In this document: positions 1 through 12,014 of the stretch, one piece after another
Layout: each line of letters starts with the position of its first letter
Position numbering within the stretch: the stretch's first letter is position 1
Assembly (NCBI GenBank): GCA_963777955.1
Contig: CAVZSQ010000022.1
Coordinates: 928,001 to 992,000, forward strand
DNA length: 64,000 nucleotides
Source: Calditrichia bacterium
GTDB taxonomy: Bacteria > Calditrichota > Calditrichia > JAJRVZ01
Reading direction: 5' to 3'
Translations under genes and position numbers: made by a program
Notes under the pieces: generated by a model
Databases searched by the model: none
Told to the model about the DNA's origin: nothing
What the model saw: only the letters and a program-made list of their open reading frames with translations

Positions 1-1837
1 CCACCATTTTTATCGGGTCATAGCCGCCAATGGTCTGATGGTAATAGGCCCAGCGGTTATCGGCAAATAACCGGCCGGCCGGAAAGATCCTGCAGATCTC
101 GCTATCCTGATTCAGGAATTTATCTGTATCCGTGAGCCGGAAGTATTGTTTTTCAACGACTGCGGATTTACTGAACTCTTTCTGATAGCGGCTCTGAATC
201 GAGGCCATATCAACCAAGGAAATCAAAGCAATAGTGCCGGCCAGCAGCACAAATTTTATCCGCCGGGTCAGATAAAGCAAAATACCGGTACAACAGAGGA
301 TTAAAAGTACAAAGTAGCGCAGCAGATCATCATTGAAAAACTCCTGGCGGAATTTTATTACCAGTTCCTGAATTTGCGGCTCGTAAGTTTCTCCGGCTTT
401 TATAAAAGAAAAATTATAACCGGCGATCCAGATCACTGCACCCAGCAGCAGGAATCCGGCACAGATCAGCAGGACATTCCGATGTGCTTTCAGTGTTTTG
501 GCCAGATCGAGTTCTGACAACGATTTGAGTCCGTATGCGGCAAAAATACTGACGATGAAAGAAGTAATGGTCACGCTCATCATCGGTGCGCGGAATTTAT
601 TGAAATAGGGAATATAATCATAAAATAAACTATAGAATGATTGAAAGTGTTGACCAAAGGAGAGTAAAATATAATAGACCGTTACGATCAATAAACTGAT
701 TATCAATGGTTTTTTACGAAAAGCGAAGATCCCCAGGATTGCCAACAACAGGGTGATCACCCCCATATACTCGTAACTCTGTGTAAACGGCATAGTGCCC
801 CAGTAACCGGGAACCTGCCGGTTGCGTAACTGCGGGACAGCGTCCCCTTCATATTTTTCACCGGACATGCCGCCGTAAAAGCGCGGGATGATCCAGGTAA
901 GCAGTTCAGCAGGATGAGTTGACCACTGAGTGGCATATTCCATGGTCACCCCGTCTCCGCTGGTCATATTAGGTTGTGCCTGGCTGGTCGACAAATCAAT
1001 GCTGGTTTTTCCCCGTTTGGAATAGGGTAAGTATTCCCTGGCCAGGAATAACGGTTGGGCAGCCATCAGCAGACCAAGAAAAACGGCGATGAAAAGATAC
1101 AGGCTGGATTGGGCCAGGCGGCGATACCTTTTCTTTAACAGATCCTGCAACAGAGGATAAATCCCGGTAGCCAGAATCAGGACGCCGGTGTAAAATATTA
1201 TCTGGTAATGCTGGGTGCGGATCTGACAACCAAAGGCCAGGGCAAACATAGCAGCAGTAAAAAGGGTACGTTTGTCCAGAAAATAAATGAAGGATAAAAA
1301 AACCCAGGGCACGAACATGATCGCCCTGAATTTCGCAAAGTGGCCTTCCAGATAAAGAGATTTATAATGAGGCATCAGGATAAAGATCAGTGTGGCTATA
1401 AAACTGATCAAAGGGGACATTTTTAAATAGCGCAGCAAGGCGTACATACCGACGGCAGCCAATAAATAATAGAGAAAAATGGAATTAACTAATTTGCCCA
1501 GCAGGTTGATCAGGGTATCTACCGAGAAAGTTTCGGGACCCAGGATATGGTAGATGGGCATACCGGAAAAAACATATGGATTCCACAAGGCCGTTTCGCC
1601 GGTCTTATTTTTATATTCGGTAATCTGATGTTTCGCTCCCCGGTTGGCGATCGAATCCGATCCCTCGGGTGATAATCCGTCCAGTACCATCGGTTTTAAC
1701 AGGATGATCAGAATGATGGTCAGTATAACCAGGAACAGTATATCCTGCGTGGTGTTATTTAAACTAAATGCGAAGACAGGTTTTTTCGTCTGGGATTTGA
1801 TCTTTTTGGAATTTGGAATTTGTCTGACTTTAGTCAT
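1..1837 (-). CDS. YfhO-like (GT-C type) polytopic membrane protein, runs off the window edge
   Basis: Manual translation from ATG 1837 (upstream GAGGA): MTKVRQ...ALWNPYVFSGMP...GYWGTMPFTQSYEYMG...FNKFRAPMM; many TM segments; open to position 1. Confidence 0.75.
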   Translation of the reverse strand, partial: MTKVRQIPNSKKIKSQTKKPVFAFSLNNTTQDILFLVILTIILIILLKPMVLDGLSPEGSDSIANRGAKHQITEYKNKTGETALWNPYVFSGMPIYHILGPETFSVDTLINLLGKLVNSIFLYYLLAAVGMYALLRYLKMSPLISFIATLIFILMPHYKSLYLEGHFAKFRAIMFVPWVFLSFIYFLDKRTLFTAAMFALAFGCQIRTQHYQIIFYTGVLILATGIYPLLQDLLKKRYRRLAQSSLYLFIAVFLGLLMAAQPLFLAREYLPYSKRGKTSIDLSTSQAQPNMTSGDGVTMEYATQWSTHPAELLTWIIPRFYGGMSGEKYEGDAVPQLRNRQVPGYWGTMPFTQSYEYMGVITLLLAILGIFAFRKKPLIISLLIVTVYYILLSFGQHFQSFYSLFYDYIPYFNKFRAPMMSVTITSFIVSIFAAYGLKSLSELDLAKTLKAHRNVLLICAGFLLLGAVIWIAGYNFSFIKAGETYEPQIQELVIKFRQEFFNDDLLRYFVLLILCCTGILLYLTRRIKFVLLAGTIALISLVDMASIQSRYQKEFSKSAVVEKQYFRLTDTDKFLNQDSEICRIFPAGRLFADNRWAYYHQTIGGYDPIKMV

Positions 1838-1845
1838 ACCTATCC

Positions 1846-2890
1846 TCATTTATAATATGTTTTGGTGAATCCCACTTTTTCTTCTTTACCCAGGATCACC
1901 CTGCGGAAATAGTTGTTGATAAAACCCAGTCCATAACCTATAACCTGGGCGGGCATAATCAGCGGCAACAGCAGTGCTGGTCTTATTTCGCCGTACTTCC
2001 TGGCTGCATCGAACATGGAGTAGAGTATGATCAGCAGCAGAAGTGCCAGTCCGCATAACAACAGAATACGGAACTGTGAGAAAAAAATCGGCCAGCAGGC
2101 AGGTACATATGAAAATCAGCGTCAGCAGTGCAGGTATCACGTGCAGTGGTTCCAGCATCGAGTTATCGATTTTATACAGATTAACCCTGGCCACGCCCCA
2201 ATTGAAAACCTGGCGATAAAAACGTCGTAACGAGGTTCTGCGTTTATGATATACGAATGCCTCGGCGATATAGATCACCCGCGCGCCGCTTTTGATGATA
2301 CGATTACTGAACTCGATATCCTGGCCATGGCGCAGCGATCCAAAACCGCCGATTTTTTGCCACAACTCCCGGCTTAAGCCCATGTTAAATGACCGTGGAT
2401 AGAATTTTGCCAATTTTTTACCCCTGCGGCCGCGCAGACCACCGGTGCTTATAAACGAGGTCATGGAATAGTTAATAGCCTTGAGTAACGGCGAAAAATC
2501 CTGATGGTAGGAATCCGGCCCGCCGCAGGCCTCGGCATGCTGCTGGTTAATCTGAATATCGATCTCCTTTAACCAGTGCGCAGGAACATAGCAGTCGGAA
2601 TCAATGAACAGAAAAAAATCCCCTTTAGCCTGTTTCATACCGGTATTGCGGGCTGCACCAGGTCCCATATTCTTCTGGGTATAAAAATTGAAATTGAAGC
2701 CGGCCTGCTTTCTGAATTCTTGCAGAAAGGGTAAAGTCTGATCGCTGGAGCCGTCATCGACAACGATCACTTCAAATTTTTCCCGCGGGAAATCCAGTGT
2801 TTTCATAGAAGCTAACAATTCGACCAGTTCTTCCTGGCGATTAAAAGAAGGGACGATTATTGAATAATTAATATAGTGCCGGTCATTCAT
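1846..2890 (-). CDS. Family 2 glycosyltransferase with C-terminal TM helices (frameshift ~2085)
   Basis: SIIVPSFNR, VVDDGSSD, GPGAARN, FIDSD motifs; C-terminus continues in ORF 1846..2061 after an A7 run. Confidence 0.85.
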
Positions 2891-2979
2891 ATTTTTCTGA
2901 ATTTAGGAAAAGACTTAAAGTCATGAAATAATAAAGATTTAAAAGATTGAATTTATACATATTAAATTTACCGGAGTCA

Positions 2980-5830
2980 TCATTCAGGCATTCCGATAAC
3001 CTTACGGTACTGTGAACTGACCGTGGGCATGGCCAGCCCGACTTTCAGATACACGCTGTGGTCCATTGGAGTTCCGGGTAATTTACTCCAGGCATATCCC
3101 GCGCCCAGGCGCAGATAAGTTGAACCAAAGGTCAGTTCGTAACCGTAACTGTAAATTTCCTGAGCATTAATGTCCTTCAGCCAGGCATAATCTACAAAAC
3201 CGTGCACAGCTAAGTTTTCCACCGGCAGGATCAACAGTACGAAGGGAGTACGTTCCATCAGGTAAAAAATGAGTTCATGGGAAGTCCAGCAAAGTTCCTT
3301 GCCGCGGATATCCTGGTTAATACCGCGTACCGGACGGGTATAGCCAAGATCACGCGGAAAATCATATTGGTAAAACCGGTCGATACCCAGAATTTGATAG
3401 GGAGGATCGTCGCCGGTATTTTTCAGGTAATGAATCCGGCTGCGCAGGCCCAGACTGGACAGGAATAAATCGGTGGCAGCTTCCAGGCCCACATCCAGAA
3501 TCTGAAACTTGATCTGGGACTGGAGTGACTGGTGAATATAAAAATAGCCTCCTACACTTTTTTCGGCCAGCAAGGGATATAACCGTGTTGGCAAATGATA
3601 TTCGCAGCGCATCCCGATCCGGCCCATGGCATACTGCGCTGGATCGCCGCCATTTACCTGTTGCCGAAGGTCTGCGATTGGTTTAAATCGATCCCAGATC
3701 AAAGCCAGCGAAGGGCTGATACCGTACCTGTTATTACCGCGCAGAAAAAAATATTTATTAATGACCAGGCCCAGGTAATCGCGATTCAACTCGAATTGAG
3801 TTTCTTCGTCCGTGTTAAAAATGACCGGACCGTGATAGTAGAAGGAGGAAATGTACAGATTCTGCCAGGCCAGCATGTGGTTGAATATTATCAGCGACCT
3901 GTCCAGATTGGCCGGATAAACCAGGAACATGCCCCAGAGCATCTGACGACGCAGAACTTCAAACCAGATAGTTGTGCCGTATAAACCGGTTTTATATCGT
4001 TCGTCATATACCGGCAGAACGAAAGAGAATCCGTGGACCATCGGGAAATAGGGATTGACACTATTCTTTTTAGCGGGGGTGAATTGAACCTGGTTCAGAG
4101 AACTAGCAGATTGCCTTAACAGATTTGGCGATGGGATTCTCCGGGTCCAGCGGGAATATAATTCATTTGATCGTGGTCACTCCGCTGTCAGCATTGACCG
4201 GCTGCAAACTGTCGGAATTGACTTTATAAAAATTCCTGCGGCTTTCGACCTGCCATGAAGTCAAATACAACGAACCGGTACGCGTATCAAAATCGTGCAG
4301 CCAGTAATCATACTGGTCGTTCAGCAGCAGGTCATATTTTTTTTGGCGCAAATTATACCTGCACAAAACAGTTTTATCGGCGATAAAACGATTGAAGTAG
4401 AAAAGAGAATCATTGATAAAAGCAGGCCGCCGGTCATCCACTGAATCATCGGTTACCGCGGTCAGTTCGCTGTCATGCAGCAGAAACAGATCGCGATTAC
4501 CATTCGGGCGCTGTGCCTCCAGCAGGTAGTTTTCTGCTGGTCCGCGGGTGATTTGTCCCAGCGGCATCGAACAGCGGTAAATGTCGGCCACACTGCCATT
4601 CAGCACATTTATTCGCCGCAGCACGGAGACGTCCGGCCGGATTTCAATCAGAATCAGTTCATTATTAGTGGTGAATGCAGCCTGGCGGGCATGGATGTTG
4701 CTGATGATCCTTTTTTTCTTACCGGTTTTACGATCAAAAACAAACCAGTCAAAAGCGAAGGTTTCCAGGTTATTATGCTGACCCAGGTGGTACCGGCCGT
4801 AAGCGATTAAATTATGATCCGGACTGAGTACCAGTTCAGTCTGGTGATCGTTAAAGAGTCTGGAGACGGTCTTAAATTTGCCTTTTTTTAGACTGGCCAC
4901 CACAGCACTGAAATAGAGATGATTCTGACTGAGTCTGGCCGAGATAAGATAGGTGCTATCCGCATCGGCAACGTTGAGCGGAATCAGCTGCTCGGTCTGG
5001 TATCCGAAATCGGGTAATTTTTGACCAAGACGGATCCGGGAATAGTCGGCATATTTATCACCATAAAACAGGATCATATGCCGCAGAAAGCGTTTAAATA
5101 CGACAGGTATTGATTCCTTATACGTATCTTTGAAGGCGGCATCGAAATCATAAAAAAATCCCTTTTCTTTATAAGAAAGAAGTTTAATGAAGGATGAATC
5201 TCCGAATTGATCGGCCAGGTAGCGCGTAAAAGCATTCGCGGCAGCGTACAATAAATGGTAATCTTTTGAAGATTCCAGATCGTCCAGGTTTAAGTTTCCT
5301 TCCAGCAGTGCCCTTTTCAGATACATGTCACCGCGGTAGGCATTCCATGACTCGGAAAAATACTGGGCCAGGCCCTCCCATAACCAGCGCGGCACTCCGA
5401 CATAACCGATAGTGCCGAAGATGTTGACAGTGCGGCGCAATTTCCGGTAAGTAACCAGGTGGACCAGTTCATGATTCAGAACCTGGATATACCAGGTCTG
5501 GTTACCGGTCCAGGAGGTGAGATAGTCTGAAGACACACTGAATATGACCGTTGTATTCTCGATAGCAAAACCATTGGAAACATCCAGTACGTCAGTAACG
5601 ATAATTCTGGCCTTTTTTTTCTGGTACGATTCCGGCGGAACGCCCACAAGTTTGCAGATAGTCGGAATGGAATTGTCGGCAATTTTCAGTATCGAGTCGG
5701 CAATAGTTTCCAGGGCCGGTTCGTATTCCACGGTGGAGTATCTGCCGGATAATTGATGCCAGTCGCCGGCAGTCAGGTATGGTGTCATTAATGACAGGAC
5801 CAGGAATGAGATAAGAAATTGAGTTTTCAT
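2980..5830 (-). CDS. Secreted zincin (peptidase MA-like) + TolB-like propeller + probable C-terminal beta-barrel (frameshift ~4165)
   Basis: Signal peptide; HELVH...PRWLWEGLAQY; DDRRPAF repeat-like motif; removing one A at ~4165 joins ORFs 4163..5830 and 2980..4041. Confidence 0.6.
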
Positions 5831-5930
5831 TATTACCTGCTATATATTGATATATTTTAATTTATATAATCAACTAATAAGAAAAAAGAATTGTTAGAAG
5901 TGAAACGACACCTGAGTTATAACCAAGTAC

Positions 5931-6002
5931 TGTCATCCCGGCTCGACCCGGGATCTATCAATACTTTTACAAAGAGATCCCGGCTCTTCGGCCGGGATGA
6001 CA
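5931..6002. repeat. REP-like palindrome, GTCATCCC...GGGATGAC family
   Basis: tgtcatcccggctcgacccgggatct ... agatcccggctcttcggccgggatgaca. Confidence 0.8.
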
Positions 6003-6119
6003 AAACAAGGCATATCGTTCAGGCACTCAGGGTCTGAATTATTATTTATGACCTTTGGCCCAATTTTTTTATATTTATGCAATATTAATACATGGTTCAT
6101 ACTAATGAAGAGAGAATTA

Positions 6120-6710
6120 ATGTTCCTCGGAAAATTTACAATCATTGTTATGCTCGGCTTGCTGATTACCCCGCTTCGGTCCCAAACTGGCCTGGGAGTT
6201 GCCGGAACTTTATATTACCCGGGCTTTTTTAGTTCTGAACTGAACAACAGCCGGTTTGGCCTGGGGGGAGGATACGAATTATTCGCCCGCCATAAATTAT
6301 TGGAAATAAATCCTGATATCGTGTTGCAGGCCAGATATAATTATCGAAAATTCTATGACAAAATTAATCTGCCCGCCACCGGTACGACAAGTTTCAATTT
6401 CACCTATCTGTCGATTTCGATATTATCCCCGATCAAACAGTATGATACTGTAACGATCTATGGCGGCGCTGGTATCAGTATGGCTACTATTACCTCGACA
6501 GTGAACAGCTATTATTTTAAGAAGGTTGCCGAGGTCAGTTTGCTGCCTGATCTTATCTCCGGCGTCGAATGGTACCCGGGTAAAAATTATAATATCTTTG
6601 CTGAAATATGTTTTCAATATGGCCAGGTACGGGTCAGTCATGACCTTATTCCGCTCAGCGGTCTGCGCTTCAGCCTGGGAGCGACCATGTTTTTAATTGC
6701 CGAAGAATAA
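6120..6710 (+). CDS. Outer-membrane beta-barrel-like protein
   Basis: Signal peptide, alternating beta-strand pattern, YGGAG and GLRFSLGATMF near the C-terminus; start uncertain (6105 or 6120). Confidence 0.55.
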   Translation: MFLGKFTIIVMLGLLITPLRSQTGLGVAGTLYYPGFFSSELNNSRFGLGGGYELFARHKLLEINPDIVLQARYNYRKFYDKINLPATGTTSFNFTYLSISILSPIKQYDTVTIYGGAGISMATITSTVNSYYFKKVAEVSLLPDLISGVEWYPGKNYNIFAEICFQYGQVRVSHDLIPLSGLRFSLGATMFLIAEE

Positions 6711-6722
6711 ACCTGGCCGACA

Positions 6723-7580
6723 ATGATGGAAAACCTGGACAATTTTAAATCCTCAAAGCCAGCACTTGATCCGGCACAAAATTCAGGCAAACATATCGGA
6801 GTGATCGACACGCTGGAATTCCAACCATTGCTGTATGGGATCAAAAATAAGTTGATCAAACATCCGTTCGAACTGCTGAACACAGATCTCGCAGGGTCAG
6901 CCAGATCTTTAAGGGATGGAGCGACGGAACTGAGTTTGATCCCTTCGGTTGAATATGCCCGGACCAGGGAAACCTGGAATATCATACCGGGAATATGTAT
7001 CAACTGCTCCGGCAGTGTTCTGAATGTGCAGTTATTTTTCAAAAAAGGATTGAAAGATCTGAAGAAAATTGCTGTCGATAACCAGGCTCCCTCAGCTGCA
7101 ATCTTGTTGAAAATCCTGATGCGCGAGAAGTACGTAATGAGTCCGGACTATCTGGAAATGCCGGCAGACCTTCGGCATATGTTAGAGCAGGCCGATGCAG
7201 CCCTGATCAGCGGTGATAAAGCCCTGGAATATTATCAGCAGCACCAGAGTCGTCTGGATCTGAACGAGGAGTGGGTGGATCTGACCGGGCTGCCATTTAT
7301 ATATTCTTTCTGGGCCGGACGTGAATTTACCATCACCACCGATGAAGTTCGCCTGATCAGGAAATCATTCGATCTGGGCCTGAGAAATGTGGAACATATT
7401 TGTAAGGATTATGCGGCTCAACACGGTGCAGACTGGGTGTATTACCATGATTTTTTAACTAAAAACATTTCTTATAATTTTGATGAGCGGGGGAAAGAAG
7501 GATTAATGGAATTTTATAATTACGCTTTCTTTTTCGGCTATACAGAATTTATTCCGGATCTACATTTTTATTCCTTCTGA
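6723..7580 (+). CDS. mqnA: Chorismate dehydratase-like protein (futalosine menaquinone pathway)
   Basis: PLLYG, LIPSVEY, GSVLNVQLF, ADAALISGDKAL, LNEEWVDLTGLPFIYSFWA. Confidence 0.8.
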   Translation: MMENLDNFKSSKPALDPAQNSGKHIGVIDTLEFQPLLYGIKNKLIKHPFELLNTDLAGSARSLRDGATELSLIPSVEYARTRETWNIIPGICINCSGSVLNVQLFFKKGLKDLKKIAVDNQAPSAAILLKILMREKYVMSPDYLEMPADLRHMLEQADAALISGDKALEYYQQHQSRLDLNEEWVDLTGLPFIYSFWAGREFTITTDEVRLIRKSFDLGLRNVEHICKDYAAQHGADWVYYHDFLTKNISYNFDERGKEGLMEFYNYAFFFGYTEFIPDLHFYSF

Positions 7581-7596
7581 GAGTGCCTAAGTCCAC

Positions 7597-7718
7597 CCTT
7601 AGTCCCTGAGTTCCTGAATCCCTTTGTACCTGAGTTTCTAATCCGCTCCTTTCATTCCTTTCCTTATGATAAGGGAGGGGAAAGAGGAGTGGGTTACTCA
7701 GGGACTAAGGAACTCAGG
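7597..7718. repeat. Composite palindrome: 8-mer repeat arms around a C-rich/G-rich hairpin
   Basis: ccttagtccctgag is the reverse complement of ctcagggactaagg; central ccttatgataagg hairpin; lies between convergent genes. Confidence 0.65.
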
Positions 7719-8361
7719 TTCTTAGATATACCCTTCTGATAAAAACCGCCGAGCCCAAAACAATACCCGTCGCGAACAACCACCAATGATAGTTCTGCGG
7801 TATTTGCTGCAAAGGGATCGTCTGCACTTCAGTGAAGAAAGATAGGAGGATCAGCAGGCCGGCCAGAATTTCCAGAGCTGATTCCAGGCGGCTGAAGTGC
7901 AGCGGTAGTTCCCTTGATTCAAAAAAGAGCATGACCAGCGCGGCTGTGATCAGGGCAATTGATACCAGCAGCGGTGCCAGCACGGGTCCAAGCCAGGGTA
8001 GCGGTATCAGAAATAAAACATCCCAGTCCAGGAATGATGCCGGCCAGTTTAATAATATCTTTAACCAGACATAATACCAGATATCCCAGATACCAAAAGA
8101 ATAACAAAAATAAGCCAGGACTGTTTGTCTGCGACCGGCGATCAGCTTAGCCAGGGCATAGAGCATAATAATCGTGGCCGCCTCGCGTCCAGCCTCGATC
8201 AGCAGTACAGAGCGCGGTATATTGACCAGCGGAAAATGGAAGCCGGCCGGGTAATAAATTTTTCGCAGGTAAACTACAATAGTGGCCTCCAGATAGGCCA
8301 TGGCCACAGCGAAGAGGGCAGTAATCACCAGGGTTTGAACTGTTTTTTTGGAATAGAGCAT
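7714..8361 (-). CDS. Conserved hypothetical membrane protein
   Basis: 215 aa, multiple TM; MAYLEA..VVYLR, EAGREAATIIML, GIWDIWYY, WDVLFLIPLPW. Confidence 0.7.
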   Translation of the reverse strand: MLYSKKTVQTLVITALFAVAMAYLEATIVVYLRKIYYPAGFHFPLVNIPRSVLLIEAGREAATIIMLYALAKLIAGRRQTVLAYFCYSFGIWDIWYYVWLKILLNWPASFLDWDVLFLIPLPWLGPVLAPLLVSIALITAALVMLFFESRELPLHFSRLESALEILAGLLILLSFFTEVQTIPLQQIPQNYHWWLFATGIVLGSAVFIRRVYLRT

Positions 8362-8380
8362 CGCTGGATTTTCCGAGCAA

Positions 8381-8415
8381 ATAAAAAAGCCCGAATGGTC
8401 TATTCGGGCTTTTAT
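8381..8415 (-). terminator. Rho-independent terminator after clpC
   Basis: aaaagcccgaat-ggtct-attcgggctttt with U-tract on the minus strand. Confidence 0.8.
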
Positions 8416-8431
8416 TGAAATTGTGTTTGTC

Positions 8432-10897
8432 TTAGTCTACCTGTATATCCGACGGCTTGTCCTCTGTTTTACCGATCTCGAAGAAACCAAGTTCGGTTTT
8501 GCTTTTCATTTTTATCTGGATAATGCTGCCCTCGCCGAAGGTGCCTTTGAGTATTTCATCGGCAATGGGATCCTCGATGTATTTCTGGATGGCGCGTTTG
8601 AGCGGGCGTGCGCCATTAACCGGATCAAAACCGTTCTCGGCGATAAATCTTTTGGCTCCGTCGGTTAGCACAAACTGTATTTTACGGTCCGCCACCTTGT
8701 CTGACATTTCCCGCAGTACGATATCGACGATATTAACCATATGCTCGATTTGTAAGTGGTTAAAGTAGACAATATCGTCGATGCGGTTTAAAAATTCGGG
8801 ATTGAAAATCCGTTTCAGTTCATCGGATATTTTGCTTTTCATTTTTTCAAAGTCATCCAGCTGATCATTACCGGTGAAACCGTAATTCATATTCTGCTTT
8901 ATTTCCCGGGTACCGACATTGGAGGTCATGATCAGGATGGTATTCTTAAAATCAACCCGGCGGCCGAGACTGTCGGTCAGATGTCCTTCATCCAAAACCT
9001 GCAGCAGGATATTGAATACATCCGGATGGGCTTTTTCAATCTCGTCCAGCAGAACCACGGCATAAGGTCGGCGCCGTATTTTTTCGGTCAGCAGGCCACC
9101 TTCTTCATAACCCACGTATCCGGGCGGAGATCCGACCAGGCGGGAAACATTGAATTTCTCCATATATTCGCTCATATCAACGCGGACCAGGGCGTTGGGC
9201 GATTCGAATAAATAATTGGCCAGTACTTTAGCCAGATGGGTTTTGCCGACACCGGTGGGTCCCAGGAAGATAAACGAGCCGATAGGACGATTGGGATCTT
9301 TCAAGCCCGCGCGGGTGCGGCGGATCGCTTTGGTTATTACCTTGATTGCTTCATCCTGTCCGATAACTTTTTCCTTCAGCACATCTTCCATTTTGAGCAA
9401 CTTGTGCGTTTCCGTTTCGGTAATGCGCTTGGTCGGGATACCGGTCATCATCGATACGACTTCAGCCACATCATCGACTTCGACCACCGCCACGCGTGAT
9501 TCCTCTTCAATTTCCCATTTCTCCCGGGCGGCATCCAGTTTATCCGTCAAGTTGCGTTCCATATCGCGCAGTTTGGCTGCCCGCTCAAAGTCCTGTAATT
9601 TCGCCAGGGATTCCTTTTCAGATTTAAGGCGTTCGATTTCATCTTCCATATCGATAATATCCTGCGGTACCACGATATTGGCGATATGCACCCGTGAACC
9701 GGTTTCATCCATCACGTCGATGGCTTTATCGGGAAAATTTTTATCGGTGATATAACGATCGCTCAGGGTAACCGAAGCCACCAGCGCTTCATCGGGGAAG
9801 ATCACATGATGATGTTCTTCATATTTATGACCGATCGAGCGCAGGATTTCCAGGGTTTGTTCGGAGGTAGTCGGTTCAATCATCACTTTCTGGAATCGTC
9901 TTTCCAGCGCACCGTCTTTTTCGATATACATGCGGTATTCATCGAGAGTAGTGGCGCCGATGCACTGCAATTCGCCGCGGGCCAGGGCCGGTTTGAACAT
10001 GTTGGAAGCATCCAGAGAACCGGAAGCACCGCCGGCACCGACAATGGTGTGCAGTTCATCGATGAACAGTATAACGTCATCGGCTTTTTCCAGCTCGGTC
10101 ATGATCGCTTTCATCCGTTCTTCGAACTGACCGCGGTATTTGGTACCGGCCACAATTGAACCCATATCCAGGGCCACCACGCGTTTGTTGTGCAGTACAC
10201 GCGGCACTTTTTTCTGCACGATTCGCAGGGCCAGACCTTCGGCGATGGCTGTTTTACCTACCCCGGGTTCGCCGATCAGTACCGGATTATTCTTCTTGCG
10301 GCGGCTGAGGATCTGGGCCACCCGCTGAATTTCTTCATCCCGGCCGATGATCGGATCAAGTTTACCCTCGGTGGCCAGATTGGTCAGGTCGCGGCCAAAA
10401 TGATCCAGGGCCGGTGTCTTGGTTTTCTTTATGCTTGGTCTGGGCCGGGGAGCCGTCGGTTTGCCGGCCAGGATATTTTCCAATTCCTGGTAACAGGCGT
10501 TATAATCGATATTGAAAGTGAGCAATATCTGGGCGGCCAGACTGTCTTTCTCTTTCAGGATTGACAGCAGCAGATGCTCGGTGCCGATGACATCGTTCTT
10601 GAAGTTCTTTGCTTCGATATAGGTCATTTTCAGGGCTTTTTCGGCGCGTTTGGACAGGGGCAAATTCCCGATGGTCATGGTTCCGCCGGAAGGCGCCGTG
10701 GAATCTTCAATGGCTTTTTTGAGTTTAGTCAGTTCACAATTAAGATTCTGCAATATCTTTATGGCAATGCCTTCGCCTTCCTTTAACATACCAAGCAGCA
10801 GATGTTCCGTACCGATATAATCATGGCCCAGACGCATCGCTTCTTCCTTGGAATAGCGAATGACCTTTTGTACGCGACTTGTAAAATTATTTCTCAT
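8432..10897 (-). CDS. clpC: ATP-dependent Clp protease ATP-binding subunit ClpC
   Basis: Two Clp-N repeats (GTEHLLL), Walker A GEPGVGKT and [11 protein letters not shown]-like [24 protein letters not shown]. Confidence 0.95.
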   Translation of the reverse strand: MRNNFTSRVQKVIRYSKEEAMRLGHDYIGTEHLLLGMLKEGEGIAIKILQNLNCELTKLKKAIEDSTAPSGGTMTIGNLPLSKRAEKALKMTYIEAKNFKNDVIGTEHLLLSILKEKDSLAAQILLTFNIDYNACYQELENILAGKPTAPRPRPSIKKTKTPALDHFGRDLTNLATEGKLDPIIGRDEEIQRVAQILSRRKKNNPVLIGEPGVGKTAIAEGLALRIVQKKVPRVLHNKRVVALDMGSIVAGTKYRGQFEERMKAIMTELEKADDVILFIDELHTIVGAGGASGSLDASNMFKPALARGELQCIGATTLDEYRMYIEKDGALERRFQKVMIEPTTSEQTLEILRSIGHKYEEHHHVIFPDEALVASVTLSDRYITDKNFPDKAIDVMDETGSRVHIANIVVPQDIIDMEDEIERLKSEKESLAKLQDFERAAKLRDMERNLTDKLDAAREKWEIEEESRVAVVEVDDVAEVVSMMTGIPTKRITETETHKLLKMEDVLKEKVIGQDEAIKVITKAIRRTRAGLKDPNRPIGSFIFLGPTGVGKTHLAKVLANYLFESPNALVRVDMSEYMEKFNVSRLVGSPPGYVGYEEGGLLTEKIRRRPYAVVLLDEIEKAHPDVFNILLQVLDEGHLTDSLGRRVDFKNTILIMTSNVGTREIKQNMNYGFTGNDQLDDFEKMKSKISDELKRIFNPEFLNRIDDIVYFNHLQIEHMVNIVDIVLREMSDKVADRKIQFVLTDGAKRFIAENGFDPVNGARPLKRAIQKYIEDPIADEILKGTFGEGSIIQIKMKSKTELGFFEIGKTEDKPSDIQVD

Positions 10898-11142
10898 TAA
10901 ACCTTATCCTGAAATCAAAATTAAACCGTTTTGCTTCTCAAGCAAGATAAATTTACTTAAATATTCATTAAAACTCAATCCACACATTATTATTTAACGT
11001 ACCAGCATAGTCATAATATTCCACTTTATAATAAATGTGATAAACTGTAAATTGTTCCCCGACAGTCTTATTAAGGCTTGATTATAAGTATTAATCGGCC
11101 TATTTTGCAGAAATTCAAGGAAAATCCGGAGATAATTTTAAG

Positions 11143-11886
11143 ATGAAGAAGCTTATATTTTTATTGATGTTACCTATACTGATTTTTGCACAGGAAGAAG
11201 CGGTGCTGGAACCTACTACCTTAATTGATGTTCCGACGGCCGGGATGCTGATGCGGGGTAGTTTTCAACTGCAGTTACGGGCCTATGCCCAGGGCGGCTT
11301 GCTGGGCAGTATTGATGTGGGTATTCTGGATCGCTTCATGATCGGCATCTCTTATGGCGGGACCAATATAGTTGGCCGGGGCAGGATCCACGGGAATCCC
11401 CAGCCGGGGGTTCAGGTTCGTTACCGTTTATGGGAAGAGCAGTTGACCGTTCCGGCGCTGGTGCTGGGTTATCATTCCCAGGGTTATGGCGCTTATATTG
11501 ACAGTACGAACCGCTATCTGGTCAAATCGATGGGTGTTTTTGCGGTGGCCAGTAAAAATTTCAATTTCTTAGGAAACCTGGGTTTCCATGGCGGGACTAA
11601 TTTAAGTCTGGAACGCGGTGACGGGGATAAGGACATTAACTTTTTCGCCGGCATCGACAAAAATCTCAATCCCGAATTATCGCTGATTGCGGAATATAAT
11701 TTTGCCATAAATGATAATGATCATCGGGCTGTCGGTAGCGGGGAAGGGTATCTGAATGCCGGTTTGCGCTGGATATTTGCCGGAAAGTTAGAAATTGATT
11801 TCATGTTCAGGAATATACTTAAAAATAAAAATGAATTTGAGCAGGTCTCCAGGGAAATAAAACTTACCTATGCGGTGATTTTTTAA
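11143..11886 (+). CDS. YjbH-like outer-membrane beta-barrel protein
   Basis: Signal peptide, LIDVPTAGML, beta-strand pattern, terminal Phe. Confidence 0.55.
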   Translation: MKKLIFLLMLPILIFAQEEAVLEPTTLIDVPTAGMLMRGSFQLQLRAYAQGGLLGSIDVGILDRFMIGISYGGTNIVGRGRIHGNPQPGVQVRYRLWEEQLTVPALVLGYHSQGYGAYIDSTNRYLVKSMGVFAVASKNFNFLGNLGFHGGTNLSLERGDGDKDINFFAGIDKNLNPELSLIAEYNFAINDNDHRAVGSGEGYLNAGLRWIFAGKLEIDFMFRNILKNKNEFEQVSREIKLTYAVIF

Positions 11887-11928
11887 TTCCGCCTTCGGCG
11901 GCATGGTCGAATCATGATTCACCTTTTA

Positions 11929-12012
11929 TGTAGGCACAATCCTCGGATCTGTCCCTACATAAACGTGTATTATGGGAGAGCATCGTGGGACAGGTCGCGA
12001 CCTGTCCCTACA
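11929..12012. repeat. Two GTAG-type REP palindromes
   Basis: tgtaggcacaatcctcggatctgtccctaca and gtgggacaggtcgcgacctgtccctaca; a perfect copy lies at 27439. Confidence 0.8.
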
Positions 12013-12014
12013 CT

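Noticed and set aside
8423..10786. Plus-strand ORFs opposite clpC, and similar shadow ORFs across the window
   Set aside because: Antisense or alternate-frame shadows of well-supported genes with no motifs of their own.
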